64,000 nt of DNA, from assembly GCA_963717465.1 (NCBI GenBank), contig OY970340.1, forward strand, positions 1,280,001 through 1,344,000, in the 5' to 3' direction. Positions 21,962-32,595 of this stretch are shown piece by piece. Position numbers and translations under genes: made by a program. The DNA is from Candidatus Bathyarchaeota archaeon (lineage in GTDB: Archaea > Thermoproteota > Bathyarchaeia > Bathyarchaeales > Bathycorpusculaceae). A model generated the notes under the pieces. The model was not told the DNA's origin and did no database searches. It saw only the letters and a program-made list of their open reading frames with translations. Each line of letters starts with the position of its first letter. The stretch's first letter is position 1.

Positions 21962-22234
21962 TTATTTGACGCTCAATGTTAAAGTAATATTTAAATCTTA
22001 TAGAGATTTTCAAGATAAACTATAGTTAATTAAATTATCTAAATATAAACTAAATCATCTATATATTAAAAAGCATCAACAGCCCATGATACCATGAAAT
22101 AGTAGTATGATTTGTGGGAATTGAACCCAAAGTTTTCGCTAAAGGATCACAAGTAACGGAGTTTTTGTTATAGTTATTATGCTATCACACATTTAGAAAA
22201 ACCAAGCTTTTCTTTTATTATTAGAGGAAAAAAT

Positions 22235-22816
22235 ATGAAAATTGCAATTATAGGCAAAGGCAATGTCGGAAACTCGATTGCTTCTGGTTTAGCAAGAAGC
22301 GGTCATGAAGTAAAGTTTGGGACTCGAGATCCAAATGAACCAGTGGATAAGGCTGCAAAATGGGGCGAAGTGATAGTTCTCGCTGTCCCGCATGGAAATG
22401 CCAGCGAAGCTGTAGAAGCGATGGGCCAATTTGCTGATGAAAAAATCTTGGTCGATGTGACTAACGCTATCGGCCCGGATATGACTTATGCTGCAGGTTG
22501 CCCAAATTCAGCTTCTGAAGAAATACAGAAAATGTTGCCGAAAGCAAAAGTGGTTAAAGCATTTAACACTGTATTTGCTCAAAACCAAGGCGTCGGCAAA
22601 GTTGGCAACCAGCAATTAACCGCTTTTATCGCTGGGGATGATGCCAAAGCTAAAAGTACAGTTATGCAGTTGACAAAAGAGATAGGTTTTGATCCAGTCG
22701 ATTGTGGCCCATTAAAATCTGCTCGAAATCTTGAGTCAATGGCAATATTAATTATTAACTTGGCTTTTAAGCAAGGAATAGGCACACAAATGGGTTTTAG
22801 ACTTGTGAAAGCCTAA
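22235..22816 (+). CDS. NADP oxidoreductase, F420-dependent family
   Basis: IIGKGNVG, LAVP, VDVTN, VVKAFNT, AGDD, GFDPVDCGPL. Confidence 0.9.
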   Translation: MKIAIIGKGNVGNSIASGLARSGHEVKFGTRDPNEPVDKAAKWGEVIVLAVPHGNASEAVEAMGQFADEKILVDVTNAIGPDMTYAAGCPNSASEEIQKMLPKAKVVKAFNTVFAQNQGVGKVGNQQLTAFIAGDDAKAKSTVMQLTKEIGFDPVDCGPLKSARNLESMAILIINLAFKQGIGTQMGFRLVKA

Positions 22817-22856
22817 GTCAACTTGGTTATAAAGAAAGGGAAAAAATTAGGTTGGG

Positions 22857-23378
22857 TTAAATTGTTGCCTTCATTAACAATGTGTAGTTAGCGTCATCTG
22901 TTTGCAATTTAGCTCCGATTCTAAGGATAGTGCTGCCTTGTGACCACGAATATGCATAGAATGCCTCAAGTTTCATGGTAATTGTTTGTCCATCCGCTGA
23001 TGTGCCTTGAGATTTCATTAAGACTATGTGTCTGCCAGTTAGTACTGCACCGTTCCCACTAGTCAAAGTGTAAGAAATGCCGTTAATCGTTAATGTTCCG
23101 CTCACGACGCTGAATATTTTTACTGTGCCATTAGTTGATGTCGGCTGAAGCGTCAGGGTTAAGTTTGCTGGATAGTACTTTATTGTGTCGTTATCGATGA
23201 CTTGGTAAGCGTTGCCGTAGGCTGTAATCGTTTTCATGTTTGAGGCTTGGTTGTCTGCAGTTACTTGGGCGCCTACGAGCGGTACAATTATCATCATGGC
23301 GACTGCTACGGCAGCTATTGTTATGATAGCTACCTTGCTTTTCTTGGTTAAATGGACCATTATTCTTTTCACCTCCAC
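22857..23378 (-). CDS. Secreted or membrane-anchored beta-rich hypothetical protein
   Basis: KKSK followed by a hydrophobic signal; Thr/Ser/Asn-rich with N-x-T sequons. Confidence 0.75.
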   Translation of the reverse strand: MEVKRIMVHLTKKSKVAIITIAAVAVAMMIIVPLVGAQVTADNQASNMKTITAYGNAYQVIDNDTIKYYPANLTLTLQPTSTNGTVKIFSVVSGTLTINGISYTLTSGNGAVLTGRHIVLMKSQGTSADGQTITMKLEAFYAYSWSQGSTILRIGAKLQTDDANYTLLMKATI

Positions 23379-23455
23379 CTTGCTTGCAATGTAGCTTCTA
23401 AGGTGTGGTGTTTAAAAAGTAAGCCGCACTTTTGATGTTCACCTTAAGTGAACAG

Positions 23456-23806
23456 TTAAGCCTTGTCTGTATCCAGTTTTTCCTGCATTAATTCGTCTTC
23501 AACATGTTGCAGTAAGCCTATCCTACGCTCCCATTTGTTGAAGAAACGGTATTGAGAGTACGCGGCGTAAATGCTGTAGGCTAAAAAGATTCCTGCAATT
23601 ACTAATAATGTAAAATCTATTGGCCCTAATTCGAAACGCCTGAAACGCAGCAAAATTAAAACTACGACTATAAAGAGGGTTCCGGAAGATAGAAGCCCAA
23701 TTATGGAACCATTTCGGAATTTGCTCCATTCCTTATCCAATTCGAAGAGAAAATCATGTAATGAAGCAACTGGACCCTGATGTTTCTCCTCTGATTCTTT
23801 GGTCAT
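23456..23806 (-). CDS. Small two-TM membrane protein
   Basis: Helix-W, two hydrophobic helices, KWERRI amphipathic tail. Confidence 0.75.
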   Translation of the reverse strand: MTKESEEKHQGPVASLHDFLFELDKEWSKFRNGSIIGLLSSGTLFIVVVLILLRFRRFELGPIDFTLLVIAGIFLAYSIYAAYSQYRFFNKWERRIGLLQHVEDELMQEKLDTDKA

Positions 23807-23871
23807 TTTTCATTTCCTTCTTCTTTAACCAATTATTCTTTTTTATACATGATGCATCTTAAGGTGAACTG

Positions 23872-24129
23872 TTACAGTATTGACGGAAGTGACTTGCGAA
23901 GTTCGATGTAAATTCTTCTTCCTTCTTCAGTCAAAAGGCAGCAGTTTTCAGTAGTTTCTTTTATTAATTTCTTGTCCTCTAGATACGTTAAGTGTTTTAG
24001 AAAATCGTCGTAGGAAAGATTTGTCGATTTTCTCCAGATTGCAGTTCTCAATTGTGGCTTTGGGCTGAAGAATAGATACTCCAGAATTTCAAATCGAATC
24101 TGGGCGGCGCTTTTTCTGGGTTTTCCCAT
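23872..24129 (-). CDS. Small winged-helix regulator (HTH_45-like)
   Basis: RKSAAQIRFEIL..NLSYDDFLKHLTYLEDKKLI..LTEEGR. Confidence 0.85.
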   Translation of the reverse strand: MGKPRKSAAQIRFEILEYLFFSPKPQLRTAIWRKSTNLSYDDFLKHLTYLEDKKLIKETTENCCLLTEEGRRIYIELRKSLPSIL

Positions 24130-24334
24130 TTCTAAGGATGCACCAAGACAGTTGAGGCTAACTAGTTAGGCAAGTATATAAAATGGCATCCTCAATCTGT
24201 TGCTGTTTCCTACTATCTTAAGTCATCTTTGATGAGAGTGAGCAAATAAAAATGTATTGCTGGGTTGTGCAGTAGGGAAAAGTTTAAGGGACATGTTTGT
24301 TTTATGGTTTCGCGTAATCTTTGAGGTTTGTAGT

Positions 24335-24887
24335 TTGAGTCCTAAAATGCAATCAATCGAGGAACGCAAAGCGGAAGTCCTAATTAAACTTAAGAAAATA
24401 CAAGCTTATAAAAAAGGAGAAGTTTGAAGAAGCCCTCGCTTACATCATTGATATTCCACAGGATAAAGAGAAAGCTCTTGTCTGGTGTATTCCTGGGGAG
24501 GCAACCGTCGGTATTGCTGCTATGAATACGTTGTATAAGATAATGAAAGAAAAGGAAATTGAACGTGCCATAGTAGTTACGGAGGGACGATACACGCATG
24601 CTGTTAAACTTGTGGCAAAAAAGAAGAACGTGGAGTTGCTTCCAAAGTCGTTTCCAGTATTTGATATTTTCGAGCATGCGCTTGTGCCATTTCATGAGAT
24701 TTTGAGTGAAAAAGAAAAGAATGCGTTACTCGCGCAATTCAGGGTTCAACCGTATCAGATGCCTCAAATAAAATCAGCTGACCCCGCGGTCAAAGCAATA
24801 GGTGCTAAACCAGGCGATATTCTAAAAATAACCCGGAAAAGCGCAACAGCTGGAGAGCACGTTACCTTCAGGTACGTTGTAGAATAA
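24335..24887 (+). CDS. rpo5: RNA polymerase subunit Rpo5 (RpoH) with RPB5-like N-terminal domain, frameshift near 24392
   Basis: C-domain HALVPFHEIL..MPQIKSADP..GAKPGDILKITRKSATAG..FRYV; ~105 aa N-extension restored from TTG 24335 / ATG 24347. Confidence 0.92.
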
Positions 24888-24901
24888 AAAAAAGATTTAT
24901 T

Positions 24902-25462
24902 TTATTTTGCAACAATAATTTCTGTTGATTTTATAATTGCTGTAACTTCATCGCCGACTTTTATATCTAAGTCTTCAACTGCTTCTTTAGTTATTACTGA
25001 CGTAATGGTAACTGGCATTTTTACTTCCACCTTAACTTTTGCTGTGATAACGCCTTTTTCAACAGATACTACTTTTCCTTTTAACTGATTTCTTGCACTT
25101 AACTTCAATTCTCTCACCTTCAAACTATTTGGCTCAGATAAGACTTTATTCAAGTACGTTTCTACTTGCCTAAACTCTGCGAGCAAACTTTTCCCAAGGT
25201 CAGTGAGGATTGCGCCGCCTCCGCCTGATTTGCCGCCTTTGTAGGTTTCAATGATCGGAGCTTCTACTGCATTTTGTATGTCTTGAAGGTAATTCCAAAC
25301 GTAACGGTATGACATCCCTAAGTTTTCTGCTGCTTTAGAAATGGATTTTTCTTTTTCTATTTGTTGAAGAATTTCTGCGCCGCCTTCGCCTATGACTGGA
25401 TTGCCTTTGTATTCAATCCAAATTTTGCAGGAGAGCTTGTGCTTCTTGTTTGCTAGCATCAA
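24902..25462 (-). CDS. ModE-like HTH plus TOBE molybdate-responsive regulator
   Basis: SISKAAENLGMSYRYVW, GGKSGGGAILT, SARNQLKG, SVIT, IKST. Confidence 0.9.
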   Translation of the reverse strand: MMLANKKHKLSCKIWIEYKGNPVIGEGGAEILQQIEKEKSISKAAENLGMSYRYVWNYLQDIQNAVEAPIIETYKGGKSGGGGAILTDLGKSLLAEFRQVETYLNKVLSEPNSLKVRELKLSARNQLKGKVVSVEKGVITAKVKVEVKMPVTITSVITKEAVEDLDIKVGDEVTAIIKSTEIIVAK

Positions 25463-25609
25463 ATTAAGCTATGCATTCAATTAGATATAAATGTGATTCA
25501 TGAACAGCCGTTTTTAAAGCGAAACTCTTGATTAAAAAATTAAAAGTGAGAAAAAAATTGTAGGCAAAAAACCGTTTTTTTGGAAAAAATAGTGTGTCGT
25601 TTTATGAGG

Positions 25610-26426
25610 TTAGCTTTTCAATGCGGCGATGATGCCACCGTCGACGAGTATTTCAACTCCAGTAACGTAGGATGCTTTTTCGCTGAGCAAGAAGTCCACA
25701 ACATTAGCAATTTCTTCGGGTCTGCCTGGTCGATGCTGAATTGCCAAGTCAATCATGGGCTCTGTCGTATCAGCGGAAGCTTGGCGTTCAAGTTTAAGCA
25801 TAGATGTATCTATCAATCCTGGCGAAAGTGAAACGATCCTAGCTTCTTGTGCGCCCCAAGAAGCAGCTTTCTTTGCACATAAGCGGATTACCCCATGTTT
25901 GCCTAAACAATAAGCTGTATTTGACTTGTCTTTTTCATCTCCAGACAATAGTGGCTCCATCTTCTCAAAGAAGTCTGGGTCTAATGGCTGATCCATTACA
26001 GCGTCTATCTCTGGCGTGCTATCCATCATGTAGGCAGAGTTTGAGCCGAAACACACGGCGGCAGTTCCGTTTCCAGCCAAAGGCAGGAGGGCTTCGAGCA
26101 AACGAGCTGTGCCGATCAAGTTAACATTAAAGATGCGTTTCCAATCTGCCATGCTCGGTGAAAGTCCAGCAGTATGTACGATGCCAGCAAACCTTCCTAG
26201 TGATGCAATGGTTTTTGCCAAAGTCTCAGCATCCTGCTCTTTAGAGACGTCGCAGACTAGTGTTTCAACGTCGAAGCCTTCTGAGCGAAGCTGTGTAGCA
26301 GCTTTTTCAATCGGTCTGCACTAATATCGACTAAAGTAATGTTCCTCTTTTTCCCAGAAGTCGCGCGCAAGCGACGCCCATTCCGCCGCCTCCGCCCGTA
26401 ACTATATATATGTCAGATTTTCCCAT
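25610..26426 (-). CDS. Classical SDR oxidoreductase (3-alpha-HSD-like), two frameshifts near 26300-26340
   Basis: N-terminus MGKSDIYIVTGGGGGMG upstream of the ORF track call; HTAGLSP, NLIGT, YCLGK, SPGLIDT, VDGG. Confidence 0.85.
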
Positions 26427-26853
26427 TTTCAACACTTTCCAAGTCTCAATACTTTTTCGTTGTATTTGAAATTATTTCGGATTTGTATAACATAATGCTG
26501 GCAAGTCGTATATGAGAATTGCTATTAATCTATTGCAACATTGTTCCATGAACCAAAGCATAAATGAATAAACATTCTAGGAAATCAACATTATTTGAAA
26601 CATGTTAAAATATTATCTATTGATTCATTTTTAAAGAATTTATGCTTGCACGTTGACTTTCCATCAATATACAACATCAAAAGCAAAATAGACTTTAACA
26701 GAGGTTAATTCAAAATTCTGAATGACTGTTTACGAATTTTGGAGCTTAATTCAGCATTTTCAAACAGCTTTTTTGTAAAGCAACTTCAATTGGTTTTGGA
26801 GCAAAACAAATCCTATTATTTTTCAAAGGTATCTAATCAAACATGCAATAGCC

Positions 26854-27087
26854 TTAAACTTTGCCTTTGCGCTCTTCAGCTAATTCGCTTAAAATTACAA
26901 GCGCCTCTCCAAAAGGCATATTTAACCTAGAAGCCAACTCGTTTGGAGAAATATCGGCGGCTGAAGGGATAATGCTGTCTCTTGTGTAAGCCTTATGCGT
27001 CGGGTACATAACTAAGGAGTGAACTGTTTCAACAAGCAGTTGCCAAAGCTTTTCCTTAGTATACTCGTCCAAACTCATAGTCATCAA
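26854..27087 (-). CDS. Small hypothetical protein with HTH-like C-terminus
   Basis: MYPTHKAYTR..ISPNELASRLNMPFGEALVIL. Confidence 0.7.
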   Translation of the reverse strand: MMTMSLDEYTKEKLWQLLVETVHSLVMYPTHKAYTRDSIIPSAADISPNELASRLNMPFGEALVILSELAEERKGKV

Positions 27088-27186
27088 CGATGAATGCGCT
27101 CTATAAGTTATTAGTCTACCGCAACACCATCAGAAATTATTCAACAATGTTAATACTAACCGATGCAATTTCAATTATTTTTGAGG

Positions 27187-28167
27187 ATGCTCTTTTTGAA
27201 AGCCGCTGTCTACCATGGTCCACATAAAATTAAAATTGATGAAGTTGAAGAACCAAAAATTTTAGGCACAAAGGTCCTTGTAAAATTTAAGGCTGGAGGC
27301 ATTTGCGGGACTGACATGCACTTTTACAGGGGCGACTGGAAAATCAAAAAAGGAAGAATAATCGGGCACGACGCATGCGGAGTGCGGGAAGATACTGGCG
27401 AACGCGTAGTTATGGTTCCGGTTTTAAATTGTGGTCACTGCTACTTTTGTTTAAGAGGCTTGCCAGCAAGCTGCGTGCATGGAAAGTTTTATGGGATAAC
27501 GAGTGATGGATTTTTCGCAGATAGTAAAGCGTTAAGCCCGAGGAGCCTAATTCCTATACCAGCGAACGTTGACGATGAGGAAGCCGCGGTTGTGGAACCA
27601 GTAGCGTTGGCGCTTCGTACGCTAGATTATCTCAAGCCAAACGTGGCTGATTGGGTAACCATTATTGGTCTAGGGCCAATAGGCTTGTTGATGACGCAGA
27701 TTGCTCATCTTAAGAGTTGCAAAGTCATAGCTATTGATTTGAAAGATGACCGGCTGGAACTTGCCCAAAAGTTTGGTGCAGACGCAGTTATTAACGCGCA
27801 AAAAGAAGACACAATTGAAACAGTAAGGATGCTAACAAAGAAAGGATCCGACATCGTGATTGAATCAGCTGGGACAGTCAAAACCGTGGAGCAGACGCCA
27901 TTCATAGTGAGGAAAGCTGGAAAGGTTGCTTTAGTAGGCGAATCTGAGGGCTATTTGAACCTTGGCAATGCAAGGGAAGCATTGTTTTTCACAATTTATA
28001 TTTCGCCTGTAGAGTACCCGTTGGCGGTTGAGTTAATCGCTAAAAAAGAAGTGGACGTAAAGAGCTTGATATCTCACAGGTTCAAGTTGGACAATTTCGA
28101 AAATGCACTGCAAACAATCGAGTCTCAGGTTCAAAAACCGTTGAAAGTAATTATAACCGATAAGTGA
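27187..28167 (+). CDS. Zinc-dependent medium-chain dehydrogenase
   Basis: GICGTD, GHD, CGHCYFC..C, GLGPIG. Confidence 0.92.
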   Translation: MLFLKAAVYHGPHKIKIDEVEEPKILGTKVLVKFKAGGICGTDMHFYRGDWKIKKGRIIGHDACGVREDTGERVVMVPVLNCGHCYFCLRGLPASCVHGKFYGITSDGFFADSKALSPRSLIPIPANVDDEEAAVVEPVALALRTLDYLKPNVADWVTIIGLGPIGLLMTQIAHLKSCKVIAIDLKDDRLELAQKFGADAVINAQKEDTIETVRMLTKKGSDIVIESAGTVKTVEQTPFIVRKAGKVALVGESEGYLNLGNAREALFFTIYISPVEYPLAVELIAKKEVDVKSLISHRFKLDNFENALQTIESQVQKPLKVIITDK

Positions 28168-28374
28168 ATATGCAAGCTCCCAATTCGTTAGGTTTTAGAA
28201 AAGTGAAAAAGTGGATTCTGCAGTCTATTAAGACTAAGATGAAGTTGCCCGAATTACACTCGGCACTCGGATACCTGTCTTCTACTAAAAACTTTTCATA
28301 ACTATATTTCGACGTTTGAACGTTTGGAACCATTTGGCATTTTCAACGGATTTATGGGTGGAACACAACTAAAT

Positions 28375-29052
28375 CTAGTTTAACTGTTGCTTAGAAGTGC
28401 CGTCACCAAAAGTGATAGTAAAGTTAAATGAATTTTTCGTGTTCATAGCCGCTTGAATATTATAAATTCTTTGTTCTATAGTTGGATGGGTGTGAGGCAT
28501 CAATTTAGAAAGCCAACTTGTTTTTTGTGGACGAAGCCTCGCCAGGGCAGATATCATGGCAGCCCCATTAACGAACTCGATGGCACTAAGGTCAGATTCA
28601 GCTTCTTGTTTCCTAAACCATTTAGCGTTAACATAATACGAACCAAACAAAAAGAAAAGGAAAGACAAAACCACTGCCGATGCAATGAGCAGAAATGAGG
28701 CAGAGTTAATAAAAAACAGGTAACCTATCACAACAGCAAGCACTGCAGCTGGAAGAACCGTTCGAGGTAACCTTTTTGCAATATGCTTTTTTGCTATGTG
28801 ATTAAATTCGTGGGCGCCAATAGCAAGAACCTCATCAGACGAAAGCATTTGGTAGTAATTGGAGTTAAAGACAAGCGCGTCAGAGTAGGCTAAGCAAGGA
28901 ATGGGAAGAATACTCGATTTATAATAGCGATGGAACCTATCTTTTTTAAGGATTGAAGTTGCTTTCATACTCTCTGCTAGTGTATCAAGTGCTTGCATTT
29001 CAAATGGTTGCGCTCCAAGCAGCCGAACCATAATGGAGCTTATTAATCCCAT
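28375..29052 (-). CDS. M48-family membrane zinc metalloprotease
   Basis: AHEFNH, two TMs, QEAESD, THPTIEQRI. Confidence 0.85.
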   Translation of the reverse strand: MGLISSIMVRLLGAQPFEMQALDTLAESMKATSILKKDRFHRYYKSSILPIPCLAYSDALVFNSNYYQMLSSDEVLAIGAHEFNHIAKKHIAKRLPRTVLPAAVLAVVIGYLFFINSASFLLIASAVVLSFLFFLFGSYYVNAKWFRKQEAESDLSAIEFVNGAAMISALARLRPQKTSWLSKLMPHTHPTIEQRIYNIQAAMNTKNSFNFTITFGDGTSKQQLN

Positions 29053-29562
29053 TTTCTATCATCCAAACGATTGATGGTTAATATAAAGGGGCTTGACTTT
29101 TAAGAGCGTGCGTGTGTTGCAACCTTGTCTGTGCTTATAAATATGGTTAAACGATACTGTGTCTTTGTGGTATTTTTGAAAGTATTTTAGTCTTCTAAAT
29201 GCCCGGGTTGCGACCCGTTTCCTAGGTTATGTGCACGTATTTTTGTTCATTAACGATATAGTTCCATTAATTTAGCTTAGCTTCAAGGATATGATAGCTT
29301 TTTGAGGGCAAACACTGACGCATTTCCGACAGCCTAGCATGCTTTGCCTCAATTCTAAAAAGCTTCTGAATAAAACTTGCAGATTCTCAGGTTAGCCAGC
29401 GTTAGCCGCATTCTGACATAGTTTGCACTATTTTGGCGCAATACACCATCTTTTCTCTTTTTTTGATGACCTCTTTTGAATGTACTGTCAGTACGTATCG
29501 GCGGTGAGAAAGAGGTATAGTTCTGGAAATCCGAGAGTTGGGTCCATAGGAAGTATGTTAAA

Positions 29563-30498
29563 ATGAAGTCCGTAGAGGTTAAGTGTCTAAGAAAATATTA
29601 TGGCAGCATAAAAGCGGTGGATGGGCTTTCATTCACCGTCAACGACGGCGAAGTGTTCGGGCTTTTAGGACCCAACGGTGCCGGCAAAACAACAACCATA
29701 GAAATATTGGAGGGCTTGCGGAAAAGCGATAGCGGAGACATTAGAGTGCTGGGGCTTAACCCTTGGCGGGACGGCGCTGAACTCCACAAAAGAATCGGCG
29801 TTATCCCGCAGCATTTCACCTTCTTAGAAAAAACCACACCATACGATGCAGTCAAATACTACGCCAAGATCTTCGATGAGGACGTGAAAGTCGACCAGCT
29901 TCTTAGAGAAGTGCTGCTTGAAGAATCAGCCAACAACAACTTCGAAAACTTATCTGGCGGGCAAAGACAAAAACTTGGACTTGCGCTTTCCCTGGTGAAT
30001 TCTCCTGAGTTATTGTTTCTTGATGAGCCCACAACTGGTCTTGATCCAAGCGCTAGAAGAGCCATCTGGGATGTCATACGTAAGTTGAAAGCTGTAGGCA
30101 AAACAGTAATTTTGACTACGCATTACCTTGAGGAGGCGCAGCAACTCTCGGACCAAGTTGCTATTGTTAACCGTGGGCGCATCATAGCCATGGGAACAGC
30201 AGACCAAATCATACAGCAGTATGGTTCAGGCGAAAGACTTGAAATTCAAGGCACTGAGGAACTGGCAAACTACATTAAAGCAAACACAAAACTGGACGTT
30301 GAATACAACTGCAAAGGTTTGATTACCATACAACTTCGAGACAAGAATGATGCCTTCAAAGCTTTATTCGCTGTTGAAGAGTCCAAGTTAAATTGGAGTG
30401 ACCTTCAGACACGCCGTGATAGCCTTGAAGACGTGTTCGTGAAGCTATGCAGCGAGCAACCTGCCAATTTGGAAGATAAAAGCGTGAGCCAACTATAG
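29563..30498 (+). CDS. ABC-2 exporter ATP-binding protein
   Basis: GPNGAGKTT, LSGGQ, LDEPTTGLD, TTHYLEEA. Confidence 0.95.
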   Translation: MKSVEVKCLRKYYGSIKAVDGLSFTVNDGEVFGLLGPNGAGKTTTIEILEGLRKSDSGDIRVLGLNPWRDGAELHKRIGVIPQHFTFLEKTTPYDAVKYYAKIFDEDVKVDQLLREVLLEESANNNFENLSGGQRQKLGLALSLVNSPELLFLDEPTTGLDPSARRAIWDVIRKLKAVGKTVILTTHYLEEAQQLSDQVAIVNRGRIIAMGTADQIIQQYGSGERLEIQGTEELANYIKANTKLDVEYNCKGLITIQLRDKNDAFKALFAVEESKLNWSDLQTRRDSLEDVFVKLCSEQPANLEDKSVSQL

Positions 30499-30511
30499 GG
30501 AGGCAAGCAGT

Positions 30512-31603
30512 ATGGTTAGCATAAAAAGAATCTTAGCAGACTTTAATGTGTTCAGACATGGTTATGTCAAAAACAGGATGGGACTGTTCTTTGCCCTGGC
30601 GTTTCCAGTCATTTTGATCATGATTTTCGGCATGATCTTCTCGACTAGTTCGGGAACTGTAACTGTTTATGTCCAGAACCAGGATGGCGGAGTAGTTTCA
30701 ACACAGTTTCTAAACGCACTCAACAGCACTGGCACCGTTAACCTGCAGATAGTCAGCAACTCCCAGAACTTCACACAGTACCTCCTAGATAATTCAGCAG
30801 CTGACGGCATAGTTATTCCCGCGAATTTCTCTGCTGCCTACCAAGCGGGCGACGCAGTCAACATAACCGAATACGGCAACCCTGCTTCAAGCACAAGCAG
30901 CATAGTATCAAGCGCTGTTAATGGAGTATCGAACTACTTTAACATGCAACGGTATCACGGCTCCATCATAATAAGCGTCTCCCATACTACAGTTAACGTT
31001 GAGCAGGCATCCTATGTTGACGCGTTGATTCCCGGATTGATTGGGTTCTCAATGCTGGCTAGCTCGATGTCTTCGATGGTTAACCTCTCATCGGAATACA
31101 AGAAGGAGAAAATTTTTAAACAGTTGAGCCTGACGCCGCTGACGAAGATGGAGTGGCTAATCGCAAAGATCCTCTGGTACACCTGCCTTTCAGCCATTAG
31201 TCTCTTGCTCATGTACAGCATAGGAACCTTCATTTTTGGAGCCCAAATCACGTTGACCGTTTGGTTACTGCCGTTTCTAATCTTGGGTCCAATGTTGTTT
31301 GCGTCGCTAGGCATGTTGGTGGGCACCGTAACAAAGACCGTTGAAACAGCAGGCATAGTTGGAAACTTAATATCCTATCCAATGATGTTCCTGGCTGGCT
31401 CGTTCTTCCCCATTAGCCTGATGCCTCAGTACTTGCAAACAATCGCCCACGCATTGCCCCTATACTACATCGTTGACGGCTTAAGCGCAACCATGGTGTA
31501 CGCAGACTACACGCAAGCAATCATTGACATCGCTGTAGTTGCAGCAATCACTGTCGTGGTCTTCGTCGCGGCGACAAAGTTGTTCAAATGGAGGGAGGAT
31601 TAA
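30512..31603 (+). CDS. ABC-2 exporter permease
   Basis: One TM, extracellular domain, five TMs; FLAGSFFP..MPQYLQ. Confidence 0.92.
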   Translation: MVSIKRILADFNVFRHGYVKNRMGLFFALAFPVILIMIFGMIFSTSSGTVTVYVQNQDGGVVSTQFLNALNSTGTVNLQIVSNSQNFTQYLLDNSAADGIVIPANFSAAYQAGDAVNITEYGNPASSTSSIVSSAVNGVSNYFNMQRYHGSIIISVSHTTVNVEQASYVDALIPGLIGFSMLASSMSSMVNLSSEYKKEKIFKQLSLTPLTKMEWLIAKILWYTCLSAISLLLMYSIGTFIFGAQITLTVWLLPFLILGPMLFASLGMLVGTVTKTVETAGIVGNLISYPMMFLAGSFFPISLMPQYLQTIAHALPLYYIVDGLSATMVYADYTQAIIDIAVVAAITVVVFVAATKLFKWRED

Positions 31604-31666
31604 GGCAGCTTCCAAGCTGAAACTCCCTTCTTCTAAAATTTGCAATGTTCAGGAGGTGTCTTAGCA

Positions 31667-31855
31667 ATGAATACTGCGTACAGAGGAATTTTTTGGGCAG
31701 TCATAGGGGTAATCGTGGCAGCCGCAGGCATAGTAGACATGTTGCAGGAAGTCAATATAATTACGATCAATGAAGACGTGTTCGGTTCACTTATCCTTAT
31801 TTTAATCGGCGTTTGGATAATAGTTGCGGCTGTCATTAGGGCAGGCAAACGCTAA
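31667..31855 (+). CDS. Small two-TM membrane protein
   Basis: AGGAGGTG RBS; two hydrophobic helices. Confidence 0.7.
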   Translation: MNTAYRGIFWAVIGVIVAAAGIVDMLQEVNIITINEDVFGSLILILIGVWIIVAAVIRAGKR

Positions 31856-31932
31856 GGGGTAGAAAGAGTTAAAACCATTTCTTATCCATCTTTCTTTTCA
31901 ATTCTTGAAAGCTTGTTAAGGCTGAGTATGGT

Positions 31933-32595
31933 ATGACAAAAGATAACGATTCGGCGAAAAATGAGCCCGTAGAGAGCATCGATGCAATCTACCTTCCATT
32001 GCTGCGGGACGCTGACAAGATTTTGTCTACGTTATCTAAGGTCTGGACTTATTCGCATATCGCTATCTTTTCGACTTTGTATTTTTTGGGTTTTATTTCC
32101 ATAGTCACCTATTTTTTGTTTCCTGCAAATGACCGTTTTCTCACTATGGGCGAAGTCTTCTTGATTATAGCTATAATTGCTGCCTTGTTGTATTATGGGA
32201 GGAGAAACCGTCGCCGCCGCGCCGAAATTGTGCATTGGAAGTCTGTCCTTGCGTCTTATGTAAAACCTGATAATACTTTGAACAGTCAAAAAGACGGGGA
32301 TTCAATACTTGAAGATCTCATGAAGGTTATTTTTGCGTCGGATAAGTGGATATCAAGGATTAAGCGTCGAATCTTCGTTATGCTTGTTTGGTTGACTGTT
32401 GCAGTAGCTGTTTTCTTTATGGTTGCTTATCAAGCGAGCTCCTTTCAGGTAGGACTTATCGAAGATGGCTTAGTCGTGTACGCTGCTTCCTTAGCAATAG
32501 CTGTTTACTTTAGCGTAAACTGGCGATTTCGTAGTTGGCAAAACAAAGTCGCCAAGTTCAAAAGCTACGCCTTTTCCGCTCTGGATCGCCTGTGA
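31933..32595 (+). CDS. Four-TM membrane protein with internal duplication
   Basis: Two units of helix-W / 2 TM / basic-W tail. Confidence 0.7.
   Translation: MTKDNDSAKNEPVESIDAIYLPLLRDADKILSTLSKVWTYSHIAIFSTLYFLGFISIVTYFLFPANDRFLTMGEVFLIIAIIAALLYYGRRNRRRRAEIVHWKSVLASYVKPDNTLNSQKDGDSILEDLMKVIFASDKWISRIKRRIFVMLVWLTVAVAVFFMVAYQASSFQVGLIEDGLVVYAASLAIAVYFSVNWRFRSWQNKVAKFKSYAFSALDRL

Noticed and set aside
22031..22066. Imperfect 16-nt repeats at a 20-bp period upstream of the TIM-barrel gene
   Set aside because: Very AT-rich promoter sequence, insufficient to call an operator
22111..22131. tRNA T-arm-like GGGTTCAATTCCC on the minus strand
   Set aside because: No D arm, anticodon arm or acceptor stem can be built around it
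29176..29198. Possible remnant of the dehydrogenase 3' end (TTGAAAGTA)
   Set aside because: Only a 9-nt AT-rich match
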